64,000 nt of DNA from Actinomycetaceae bacterium. Lineage in GTDB: Bacteria; Actinomycetota; Actinomycetes; Actinomycetales; Actinomycetaceae. The stretch is taken from the NCBI GenBank assembly GCA_028724905.1, contig JAQYTG010000017.1:26963-90962 (forward strand). Direction: 5' to 3'. The position numbers were made by a program, and so were the translations under genes. Positions 1-10,648 of this stretch are shown piece after piece (the stretch's first letter is position 1; every line of letters starts with the position of its first letter). Below the pieces are notes generated by a model. The model did not search any database. It had not been told where the DNA came from and was given only the letters and a program-made list of their open reading frames with translations.

Positions 1-28
1 AGTGCTCTACCAACTGAGCTAAAGAGGC
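1..28 (-). tRNA. 5' part of a tRNA truncated by the window edge (probably tRNA-Thr)
   Basis: The reverse complement reads GCCTCTT-TA-GCTC-AGTTGGTA-GAGC-ACT: acceptor 5' strand, TA, and a perfect D-arm. The anticodon is outside the window, so the isotype is a guess from similarity to actinobacterial tRNA-Thr. Confidence 0.8.
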
Positions 29-114
29 ATAGCAACCAAAGGCTGCTCGTCAATCATGCCAGAAACGCTGCATATACACCAATCAAGATAACGAAAGTAA
101 ACCGACGTCACTGA

Positions 115-1050
115 TTAACGCACTTTTCCGGTGGCCACTTTCTCAAGCCACGCCTCGAAAGCTGCGCTGTTGTTGCCGCCATACTCGGTGCTACCCACAA
201 TTCTCCCATTCAACGTGACGGTGGGCGTACCGCACTGATCACTCAGACACACCTTCTCATTGGCTAGGAACGCCTGGGTAGCCGATTCCGCCACTTTCCG
301 CCATTCGGCAGACGTCACCGCAGCCGGCAAGGAATTCACTACGTCGCTGGGCACTCCCACCCGTTTTGCAAATTCAGCTAAATCGCGTGGCTGCACCGGA
401 TCCGTAGCTTTGCAATAGCCCTTGATGGTCTGCCCAGCTTGAGTTTTCTCTGGAATCTGTGCATACACACCATCTTTGGCATTCATAACCTGCTCGTGGA
501 AAGCCGCAAATTGTTCAGGAGCATACGTGGCGATATAAAAGTCTGCCGTCGTTGCCCAGACGGACTGAGGCTCACAGCCAACCGGATCCGTGGCAAGCGG
601 ATAGAACGTGAACTGTACAGTTCCGGCTTTCATGTATTTATTCACTGCAGGATCAACGGCGCTTTCCAGTTGCATACAATGCGGACAGGTGGCATTGGAA
701 TATATATCCACCTGTGGTAACGAGCTATCCCGCGCTGCGGCAGCGCCGTTTGTATCTACCGTAATACCAAAATCATCTCCCACGTTCGCAAGTACCGCCG
801 GTTTCGCCGCGGCACGATACGATCCAGGATCGCCATTTTTGGCAGCATTGCTCGCTGCAATAATTTTCACCACGGCAAAAACCACCACTGCGAGCACTAC
901 CACGCAGGCCACGATCATCAACACCCTATTGCGCAGCCGCCGCTTAGCCTCCTGCTCGCGTAGAATGCGCGCTTTCTCTTGCCGCTGCTCTGCACGCTGC
1001 ACTTTCGTGAGCTTCGCGCCGTTCATTCCTGGTGTCTGCTTAGGTGTCAT
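115..1050 (-). CDS. Membrane-anchored DsbA/MdbA-like thiol-disulfide oxidoreductase
   Basis: Basic N-terminus plus one TM helix, a CPHC active site (NATCPHC) and a cis-Pro loop (GTPTV). Confidence 0.85.
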   Translation of the reverse strand: MTPKQTPGMNGAKLTKVQRAEQRQEKARILREQEAKRRLRNRVLMIVACVVVLAVVVFAVVKIIAASNAAKNGDPGSYRAAAKPAVLANVGDDFGITVDTNGAAAARDSSLPQVDIYSNATCPHCMQLESAVDPAVNKYMKAGTVQFTFYPLATDPVGCEPQSVWATTADFYIATYAPEQFAAFHEQVMNAKDGVYAQIPEKTQAGQTIKGYCKATDPVQPRDLAEFAKRVGVPSDVVNSLPAAVTSAEWRKVAESATQAFLANEKVCLSDQCGTPTVTLNGRIVGSTEYGGNNSAAFEAWLEKVATGKVR

Positions 1051-1120
1051 ATCTTCTGCCTATCCTCTGTATCTCCTGCGCTGATCGCCGTCGTCTGCCT
1101 CTGCTCTCTCTGCGCTAATC

Positions 1121-3079
1121 CTAATAAATCAGGAAAGTAAATGCGCTATCGAGGGGAGAGAAACTCACGACACCCGTCTGCACCGCCTCCTGGAACAACA
1201 CCCACGCACCTCCCACACACAGCGCAGCCACAGCAATCCATAGCCAGCGCACGCCAGCGCGCTCAGCCGCCCCTCCGGCGAGATATCTCACTCCTAGGCG
1301 AGCTCGTCGCGTAGACGGAAAAAGCCAAATAAGAGCACACAGCCCTGCCACTATTGCCGTGACGCCGGTGGGGCTCACTCCCAGAAAAGCGCCCGTGCCG
1401 TCCGCCATAAGGAGCCCTTGCCTGGTACCGAAACGTGCGTTCCATTGAGCGGCAAGCCACAAAGCACCATAGGTGGTAGCGGTGACGGCAGCAACGAGCA
1501 CCCCTGTGCGCGCGAAAGCAGCTAATGCCGTCACCGGCAAACGCACAATGGCGATAGTGGAATCACCAACTCTGGGCATACCGGCTTTCAGACGCCGTTC
1601 GCGCACCACCTGCAGAGAGGTACCGACGATATCGAGCATCCACACGCTCACCCCAAAGGCGCACAGCACTACCACTGGCCACTTTCCTCCTGCCAGCGCG
1701 AGTGCACACCACATGAGCACCACAAAAGCGTGCACCGGACGGGGGGAGCGTGCCCATTTTGGCGCGGCTTCTTCCCTGTATTCTTTCCCATATTCTCCAG
1801 GGGAAAGATCATCTCTTCCGGTCTCTGCCCCCGAGTATAGCCCCTCCGTCACCTGAGCAGACCCCACACCGCCGCCCACACGTGCCCCTGATATCTGCAT
1901 CGGCATCGTGATCTGCTGCGTGGGCAACGGTTGAGGAGTAGCAGGCGAGAGAAGCATCGTGCCGTCAGCAGCTTCTGCGTAGAACCGCACTGGCATTCCC
2001 GAGTGAGACGGAGGAAACGTCAGCTCTGTGGGTTCACCCGCATCAGCAGAGAGAATCGCCGTGGCGTCTGGGGAGGTGTCTGCAAACTCCTGACGGCTCT
2101 CAACACCGCCAGCCTCACTGCGTCCATTCTGCCCGTTATATCCATCCTGACCGCTGTATCCATCTTGTGCGGCGTGCTCACGGCTCCGCTCGCGGCGGTC
2201 AATCTCGCGCGCATAAGCCTCCGCACCAGCCGCATCCACGGCAAGCGTGGGAGCGAGCGCTGCTCCGTCCGCGCGCGCAGCGACGGGTAGCAGCTCCGCT
2301 TGAGCGGGATCTTCAATGACGCCGAGCAGCTGCTCGAAGCTGATTCGATGCTCTAAATCTCGCGCCAGAGCCAGTTCAAATGCGTGCGTCAGTGGAGGAT
2401 CCAGATCCGGCAGCGTCGGCGCTTGGCGCAAAACGCGCGCCATCACCGCCGGAGCATTCCCCTCCCCAAACGGAGGCTCACCCGTAGCCGCAAACGCCAG
2501 CACTGCCGCGAGCGCCCACCAGTCGGCCTGGGCATCAGGCTGCGCTCCACCCAATACTCGCGGATCGCAATATCCTGGGGTGAGGGCAAGCATTCCTTGC
2601 TGTGTGAGCCGTGCATCGTTTTGAGCCTGGGCAATGCCAAAATCAATAAGCACTGGATGTCCCTCGTGGATCATCACGTTTGACGGCTTAAGATCCCTGT
2701 GTAGCACTCCCACGGCGTGAACTGAGCGCAGTGCCCGCCCCAACTGCTGGCCGAGGTAGAGCAGATCAGTTTCGGTGTAAATCCCGTTTTCCAGCACTTC
2801 TTTTTCCAGCGTGAGGCCTTGAACTAGCTCCGTGACGAGGAACGGCTCGGTGGCGTCAATCTCGGCATCAATCACCTGTGCCACGTACGGGCTACGCACC
2901 TTGCGCAGGACGGCCACTTCACGGTGCAGCCGCAAACGAGATGTCTCATCGGCAGCAAGCGAGGGGTGCAGCAGTTTGAGCGCCACATGGTCTCCGCCGC
3001 CGTTCACCGCTTCATACACTGTACTCATACCGCCATAGCCAATCTGCCGTATCAGTTCATATCCGCCGATATTACGCAA
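1121..3079 (-). CDS. Hanks-type Ser/Thr protein kinase with C-terminal membrane domain
   Basis: IGYGGMSTVY, VALK, HRDLKPSNV and IDFG motifs. Low-complexity linker followed by several TM segments. TTG start with a GGAGG SD. Confidence 0.92.
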   Translation of the reverse strand: MRNIGGYELIRQIGYGGMSTVYEAVNGGGDHVALKLLHPSLAADETSRLRLHREVAVLRKVRSPYVAQVIDAEIDATEPFLVTELVQGLTLEKEVLENGIYTETDLLYLGQQLGRALRSVHAVGVLHRDLKPSNVMIHEGHPVLIDFGIAQAQNDARLTQQGMLALTPGYCDPRVLGGAQPDAQADWWALAAVLAFAATGEPPFGEGNAPAVMARVLRQAPTLPDLDPPLTHAFELALARDLEHRISFEQLLGVIEDPAQAELLPVAARADGAALAPTLAVDAAGAEAYAREIDRRERSREHAAQDGYSGQDGYNGQNGRSEAGGVESRQEFADTSPDATAILSADAGEPTELTFPPSHSGMPVRFYAEAADGTMLLSPATPQPLPTQQITMPMQISGARVGGGVGSAQVTEGLYSGAETGRDDLSPGEYGKEYREEAAPKWARSPRPVHAFVVLMWCALALAGGKWPVVVLCAFGVSVWMLDIVGTSLQVVRERRLKAGMPRVGDSTIAIVRLPVTALAAFARTGVLVAAVTATTYGALWLAAQWNARFGTRQGLLMADGTGAFLGVSPTGVTAIVAGLCALIWLFPSTRRARLGVRYLAGGAAERAGVRWLWIAVAALCVGGAWVLFQEAVQTGVVSFSPLDSAFTFLIY

Positions 3080-3513
3080 TGCACTGCACCTCCTCTCGTT
3101 TCCCCCAAGCTCTCCCCATATCTCCCTAAGCTATCTCGTTTCCCAAGCTATCTTGGGTATTGGCTCTGAGCTTTCACACCCTGCTTTTCCTCGGCTGCGT
3201 CCTCGTACGCACACTACCTCGCACCCTACCTCAAACGGACTGCGCCGCCCAGATCACCACCGCCCCAGATCACTATACGTATCCCAAGAACCTAGTGCTG
3301 GTGCTGATAGCTCTCGGAAGCACATCCCGTCACGCACAAAAAACTTTCAAGAAATTGGGGCGAAAGCCTTTATCTTTTGCGGTGTGGTCGAGTACACTTA
3401 TCTGCAGCGCCACACAGAGGGTACAAGAGTGTGCGCTAGAACTGAATAATTTGCCTGATGGCAACTTTCACTCGGATCGTCCGGCACGTACCTGCCGGTG
3501 GAAGGAATGAGTA

Positions 3514-4638
3514 ATGGCTACTGTTACATTTGATCACGCAACTCGCGTATATCCTGGAGCTACCACCCCCGCTGTCGATCAGCTCAATCTCGAAATTGCA
3601 GACGGCGAATTTCTAGTGCTCGTCGGCCCATCCGGCTGCGGCAAATCGACTTCTCTGCGTATGCTCGCTGGCCTAGAGGACGTCAATGCTGGCCATATTT
3701 TCATTGGCGACCGCGACGTGACCGACGTTTCCCCGAAAGACCGCGATATCGCTATGGTCTTCCAGAACTACGCTCTCTATCCCCACATGACGGTGGCCGA
3801 CAACATGGGCTTCGCCCTCAAAATTGCTGGTGTCGATAAGGCTCAGATCCGCGCCCGCGTGGAGAAAGCTGCCGAGACTCTCGGCCTCACGGAATATCTC
3901 GATCGCAAGCCGAAAGCTCTTTCCGGTGGTCAGCGTCAGCGCGTGGCTATGGGGCGCGCTATCGTGCGCCAGCCACAGGTATTCCTCATGGATGAGCCGC
4001 TCTCGAACTTGGATGCGAAACTCCGCGTACAGACCCGCACTCAGATCGCTTCGCTGCAGCGCGACCTCGGCGTCACCACTCTCTACGTGACCCACGATCA
4101 GACTGAAGCACTGACGATGGGCGATCGGATCGCCGTGCTCAGCGCAGGCATCCTCCAGCAGGTAGCTAGCCCAGATGAGATGTTTACCAGACCGGCAAAC
4201 GTCTTCGTGGCTGGCTTCATCGGCTCGCCAGCTATGAACCTGGGCACCTGGCGGGTGGAAAACGGCGTGGCTAAGTTCGGCAAGGCACAGATCGCGCTGC
4301 CGCCAGCTGCTGCAGCTGAGGGCAACAAAGACGGCAAGATCGTTGTTGGTATGCGTCCTGAAGCATTCCAGCCGCTCTCCGCCTCTGCTGGAGAAGATAC
4401 GATCCCTGTGGACATCTCGTTCGTTGAGCACCTCGGCTCTGATGCCTACATTTACGGATCCGTGGCTGGCTCGGATCAGGAGACTGAGCTCTTTGGCTCT
4501 GGCGACAATTCCAGCACCATCACGGTGCGCGTGACTCCAGAGCACGTGCCCGCCGCTGGCGCCGCTATCACTCTTGCTCCGCGCCGCGATCATCTGCACT
4601 TCTTCTCTGCAGTTTCCGGCGAGCGCATCGGCGACTGA
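3514..4638 (+). CDS. msmK: Sugar ABC transporter ATP-binding protein (MsmK/MsiK/UgpC type), orphan
   Basis: GPSGCGKS Walker A, LSGGQRQR signature, FLMDEPLSNLD Walker B/D-loop and C-terminal TOBE region. No permease genes are adjacent. Confidence 0.92.
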   Translation: MATVTFDHATRVYPGATTPAVDQLNLEIADGEFLVLVGPSGCGKSTSLRMLAGLEDVNAGHIFIGDRDVTDVSPKDRDIAMVFQNYALYPHMTVADNMGFALKIAGVDKAQIRARVEKAAETLGLTEYLDRKPKALSGGQRQRVAMGRAIVRQPQVFLMDEPLSNLDAKLRVQTRTQIASLQRDLGVTTLYVTHDQTEALTMGDRIAVLSAGILQQVASPDEMFTRPANVFVAGFIGSPAMNLGTWRVENGVAKFGKAQIALPPAAAAEGNKDGKIVVGMRPEAFQPLSASAGEDTIPVDISFVEHLGSDAYIYGSVAGSDQETELFGSGDNSSTITVRVTPEHVPAAGAAITLAPRRDHLHFFSAVSGERIGD

Positions 4639-4779
4639 CATCACGGCTGCACATCTTCCTCGTGTCGGCGCAGCTCTTAGATCGGCATCAGCTTTTCAGA
4701 CGCGCGCTGACACGTGCAGCCGACAGTAGGCTGCCGTCATAGGCTGTGCAGTCCAGACATTCAACCAGACATTCACATA

Positions 4780-4820
4780 GGGCTGTTGGGTAGCAGATAC
4801 AGGTTGCTGCCCAACAGCCC
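4780..4820. terminator. Stem-loop between msmK and DUF4032 gene
   Basis: gggctgttgggtagca (4780-4795) pairs with tgctgcccaacagccc (4805-4820), including one G-U pair. There is no U-tract. Confidence 0.5.
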
Positions 4821-4965
4821 GCGGCATAAGCCGACACACAATATACGCGGGTACTTCCAACGAAATTGATAGAACGCTCCGCCGTGAGCGTTCACGTAGA
4901 TGCTCCGCCGTAAGCCTCCCCGTGAACCTTCCCCGTAGACGCTCCGCCGTATCAATACACGATCA

Positions 4966-6360
4966 ATGGATGAAACTATGATCGCTACCGGATCGGCGCA
5001 TGGAAACATCGCACAAGAAAGCACAGAAGCAGACATGATAACGCAGCCAACTTTGCAAATCTCATCCGTTGAACAACAATCTGAGCTGTTTGATCTGCCC
5101 TGGCATCTCCCGCTCGTCGAATGGCCTGACGACATTCTCGTCTCGCTGCCGCGCGGTATTTCACGGCACGTGGTGCGCTTTGTGAAACTCAGTGGCCATA
5201 TTCTTGCCGTCAAGGAGATCACGGATGAGGTGGCTCGCCGCGAATACGATGCGCTGCACAGTCTCACCCGTGAAGAAGCTCCCTGCGTGGAGCCGGTGGG
5301 AGTGGTCTCTGGGCGCGTTGATACTGCCGGAAATCCGCTGCCAAGCGCGCTCATCACCAGGCATCTTGCTTTTGCACTTCCCTACCGCATCCTGTTTGGA
5401 CAAGCATCCGTACGCCCTGAAACGGCCAACCGTCTGATCGGGGCGCTAGCCGTGCTGATGGTTCGTCTGCATCTGCTTGGCTTCTATTGGGGAGACGTTT
5501 CGCTATCGAATACTCTCTTCAGGCGTGACGCCGAAGAGTTCGCTGCCTACCTCGTGGACGCCGAAACGGGAGAGTTTTATCCAACTCTCTCGGATAAACG
5601 CCGTCTGTACGATATTGAAATCGCAAGCGTCAATATCGTCGGCGAATTAATGGATTTACAAGCAGGCAATGTACTCTCGGACGATTTTGATGCTATTTAC
5701 ATCGGCAAACGTTTCGAGCAACGCTACAATTCTCTGTGGGATGAGCTCACCGGCGAAGAGACGTTTTCAGCGAACGACCGTTGGCGTATCGACAAGCGTG
5801 TTCGCCGTCTCAATGATCTCGGTTTCGACGTCGGCGAGTTGCAGATGAATAGTACCGAGAATGGCACCTCTATCTCGATCAAACCTCGCATTGTGGATGC
5901 CGGGCATTACTCACGCAAAATTATGCAGCTCACTGGTATGGACGTGCAGGAAAATCAGGCGCGCCGGATGCTGAACTCCATTGAGCAGTACCGCATGATC
6001 AACAATCTTGGCTCCGTGCCGATGAGCCTGGTAGCTCACAGCTGGATGACTGATATTTTTGAGCCGGTCGTGCGTGCTATCCCCACTGAGTTACGCGCCA
6101 AGCTCGAACCAGCTCAGGTATTTCACGAACTTCTTGACCACCGCTGGTTTATAGCAGAACAGGCAGGCCACGATATTTCCCTGGACGATGCCGTGGCATC
6201 GTATGTAGAAAAGGTGCTCAAGCACCGCCCAGACGAATCGCATCTGATTATGCCAGGGTTGAGCGAGACTGGAGAGTTCACTGCCGTCAAAGAACAACAA
6301 AACTTCGCCCAGAATTACCGCGAGGACTTTGACGACGAATGGTCTGGCTATCTGGCCTGA
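4966..6360 (+). CDS. DUF4032 domain protein, protein-kinase-like fold (Kdo/WaaP-like)
   Basis: LPRGISRHVVRF, AVKE, WGDVSLSNTLF (catalytic-loop-like), LVDAE and C-terminal QVFHELLDHRWF match this actinobacterial family. The true start may be at ~5035. Confidence 0.8.
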   Translation: MDETMIATGSAHGNIAQESTEADMITQPTLQISSVEQQSELFDLPWHLPLVEWPDDILVSLPRGISRHVVRFVKLSGHILAVKEITDEVARREYDALHSLTREEAPCVEPVGVVSGRVDTAGNPLPSALITRHLAFALPYRILFGQASVRPETANRLIGALAVLMVRLHLLGFYWGDVSLSNTLFRRDAEEFAAYLVDAETGEFYPTLSDKRRLYDIEIASVNIVGELMDLQAGNVLSDDFDAIYIGKRFEQRYNSLWDELTGEETFSANDRWRIDKRVRRLNDLGFDVGELQMNSTENGTSISIKPRIVDAGHYSRKIMQLTGMDVQENQARRMLNSIEQYRMINNLGSVPMSLVAHSWMTDIFEPVVRAIPTELRAKLEPAQVFHELLDHRWFIAEQAGHDISLDDAVASYVEKVLKHRPDESHLIMPGLSETGEFTAVKEQQNFAQNYREDFDDEWSGYLA

Positions 6361-6495
6361 ATCTTATCGTGGGCACAGGCTGAATGAGCTCTACGTCTGC
6401 TTGCGCGTCACTCTGCTCGCAGGTTGATGTGGCATCTTGATGCATATCCTGATGCCGCATCGGTCAGTTTTGCCACCACGCAGGGAGGGTGATAG

Positions 6496-6741
6496 TTGGC
6501 GATAGCTAACGTGGCTGACGATACACCACCCCGACAACTGGAACCGCTCACCGATACCGCACCCGAGGCGGCAAAACTAGCAGCTATCGCCTCTGAGCTA
6601 TACCGCCTGTGGAGTATCCACCACGAGCGACTGTGGCAAACCCCAACCATACCCCTAAGCTATACCCTCGCTGAGCAGCGGCATCATCCTAATAGAAAAT
6701 TAGCTGACCGGCGGGATTACCTCGAGTGGGGGGCACATTAG
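6496..6741 (+). CDS. Candidate small hypothetical protein (81 aa)
   Basis: GGAGG (6484-6488) lies 7 nt before a TTG start, and the ORF fills the gap between DUF4032 and the asd 3' end. No family was recognised. Confidence 0.35.
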   Translation: MAIANVADDTPPRQLEPLTDTAPEAAKLAAIASELYRLWSIHHERLWQTPTIPLSYTLAEQRHHPNRKLADRRDYLEWGAH

Positions 6742-6793
6742 CCAGCCGGTGACACCCCGCCCCGAGGGAAAATTACTGGACGACGGCATCGCC

Positions 6794-9141
<2,348 letters not shown>

Positions 9142-9519
9142 GTGGTCTCCTTTGGCTGGAGGATAAACTACTTGCCAGTGTACGATAACGGCGCAATCCT
9201 CAGAAATTTTGCGATCTGCCACACACTATCGAGCGGCCTCTGAGCCGTATTGTGAGACGGCTCGCCATGCACGACGCTCAACAGCTGCTTGCGGCGGGTG
9301 TTTGCGGCAGCACTTACGGCGGAGCTTGCGGGCGCGATTACGGCAACACACTTCCCGCGGTGATTATGGCGTACTTACGGCAGATGGCTCCGGTGACGAT
9401 TGATGGATCAACCGATCCTTTTGCGGATGAGATTGCAGCCGCGATTACGGCAGCTCTTGCGGGCAGCTCTTACAGCGTTCAGCACTTACGGCTGCTATTA
9501 CGTACAGGCGATGTGCGGG

Positions 9520-9600
9520 TTTGAGGTATGGGTTTGAGGTATGGGTTTGAGATGCGAGTTTGAAATACGAGCTTGAGGTATAGATGTGAGATGCGAGTGA
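9520..9600. repeat. Degenerate ~13-bp tandem repeat (gtttgaggtatgg-like)
   Basis: gtttgaggtatgg x2, then gtttgagatgcga, gtttgaaatacga and gcttgaggtata. Confidence 0.75.
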
Positions 9601-9847
9601 TGTGCGCGAGCGCAGCTGGCGTGGAGGTGATACGGCGGCATCGCTGGAAAAAGTGACGGCAGTGGGGGATCCAGAAAGCGACTCTTATGGGCGGTAGGGG
9701 GCACCTACGGCGTGACCAATGGCGATGCAGCGGGCACACGCAACCTGCGCGTGTGCCCGTCATGCTGATGTAGCTTGAGTGTGCCCGTGCAGTTAGCGCG
9801 TTAGTTTTTATACCCGAATACATAGCACAATGCCCGCGCATCCTTCT

Positions 9848-9965
9848 ATATCGTTTAGTTGAGACCCGTCCACCCTGGGTAAGGCAGCGGACCGCCGTGC
9901 GATCACGACCCATCCCTCATATCTTTTAGTTGAGCCATATCGTTTAGTTGAGCCGCGTCCGCCCC
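9848..9965. repeat. Degenerate copies of the recR 3' end
   Basis: catatc(g/t)tttagttgagc occurs in tandem at 9918-9935 and 9936-9953 (the second contains the recR stop). A longer degenerate copy lies at 9848-9875. Confidence 0.85.
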
Positions 9966-10549
9966 TCAAGAGCGCGTGACAGGGTGATCTCATCCGCATA
10001 CTCCAGGTCTCCTCCCACGGGTAGACCTGAGGCGAGACGCGAAACCGTCACGCCCAAGGAAGCTAGATTGAGAGCCAAATAGGTGGCTGTCGCTTCACCC
10101 TCGATATTTGGATCTGTGGCGATGATGACTTCATTTACCTCGCCGCTGCGCAAACGGGCATACAGCTCACGGATTCGCAGCTGGTCTGGGCCAATTCCGC
10201 CGATTGGGTCAATCGCCCCACCCAGCACGTGATAGCGCCCGCGAAATTCGTGCGTGCGTTCAATAGCCACGATATCTTTACTCTCCTCCACCACGCAGAT
10301 CACAGCATCGGTGCGCCTCGGGTCCGAGCAAATACTACATATCTCCTGTTCTGTGACGTTCCCACAGATCGAGCAGAACCGCACCTTTTCCTTGACAGCT
10401 TCCAGAGCTTCCACGAGGGAGTGCACGTCAGCCTCATCTGCCTCCAGTAAATAAAACGCTATCCGCTGGGCACTTTTTGGCCCTACACCCGGCAGTCGCC
10501 CTAGCTCGTCAATGAGATCTTGAACGGCTCCTTCATATACACCAGCCAT
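9944..10549 (-). CDS. recR: Recombination protein RecR
   Basis: [11 protein letters not shown] HhH, CSICGN..CSIC zinc finger, Toprim domain and GDLEYAD. Confidence 0.97.
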   Translation of the reverse strand: MAGVYEGAVQDLIDELGRLPGVGPKSAQRIAFYLLEADEADVHSLVEALEAVKEKVRFCSICGNVTEQEICSICSDPRRTDAVICVVEESKDIVAIERTHEFRGRYHVLGGAIDPIGGIGPDQLRIRELYARLRSGEVNEVIIATDPNIEGEATATYLALNLASLGVTVSRLASGLPVGGDLEYADEITLSRALEGRTRLN

Positions 10550-10648
10550 TTGTCGTCACCTCTCTCATTCATGTCTCATCATTGCGCAGTTAGGTTCGTT
10601 GCGCAGTTAGATTTGCGTCCTCTCGCTAACAGCGTTTGTCTCGCCACC

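Noticed and set aside
3673-4644. 323-aa minus-strand ORF
   Set aside because: Antisense shadow of msmK, typical of GC-rich ABC ATPase genes.
9252-9524. 90-aa ORF or a riboswitch/leader upstream of ask
   Set aside because: The sequence is built from degenerate ttacggc repeats, with no SD, no known motif and no lysine-riboswitch features.
10550-10648. Absence of ybaB/ebfC between dnaX and recR
   Set aside because: Direct dnaX-recR adjacency is common in this part of the Actinobacteria, so it is not informative.
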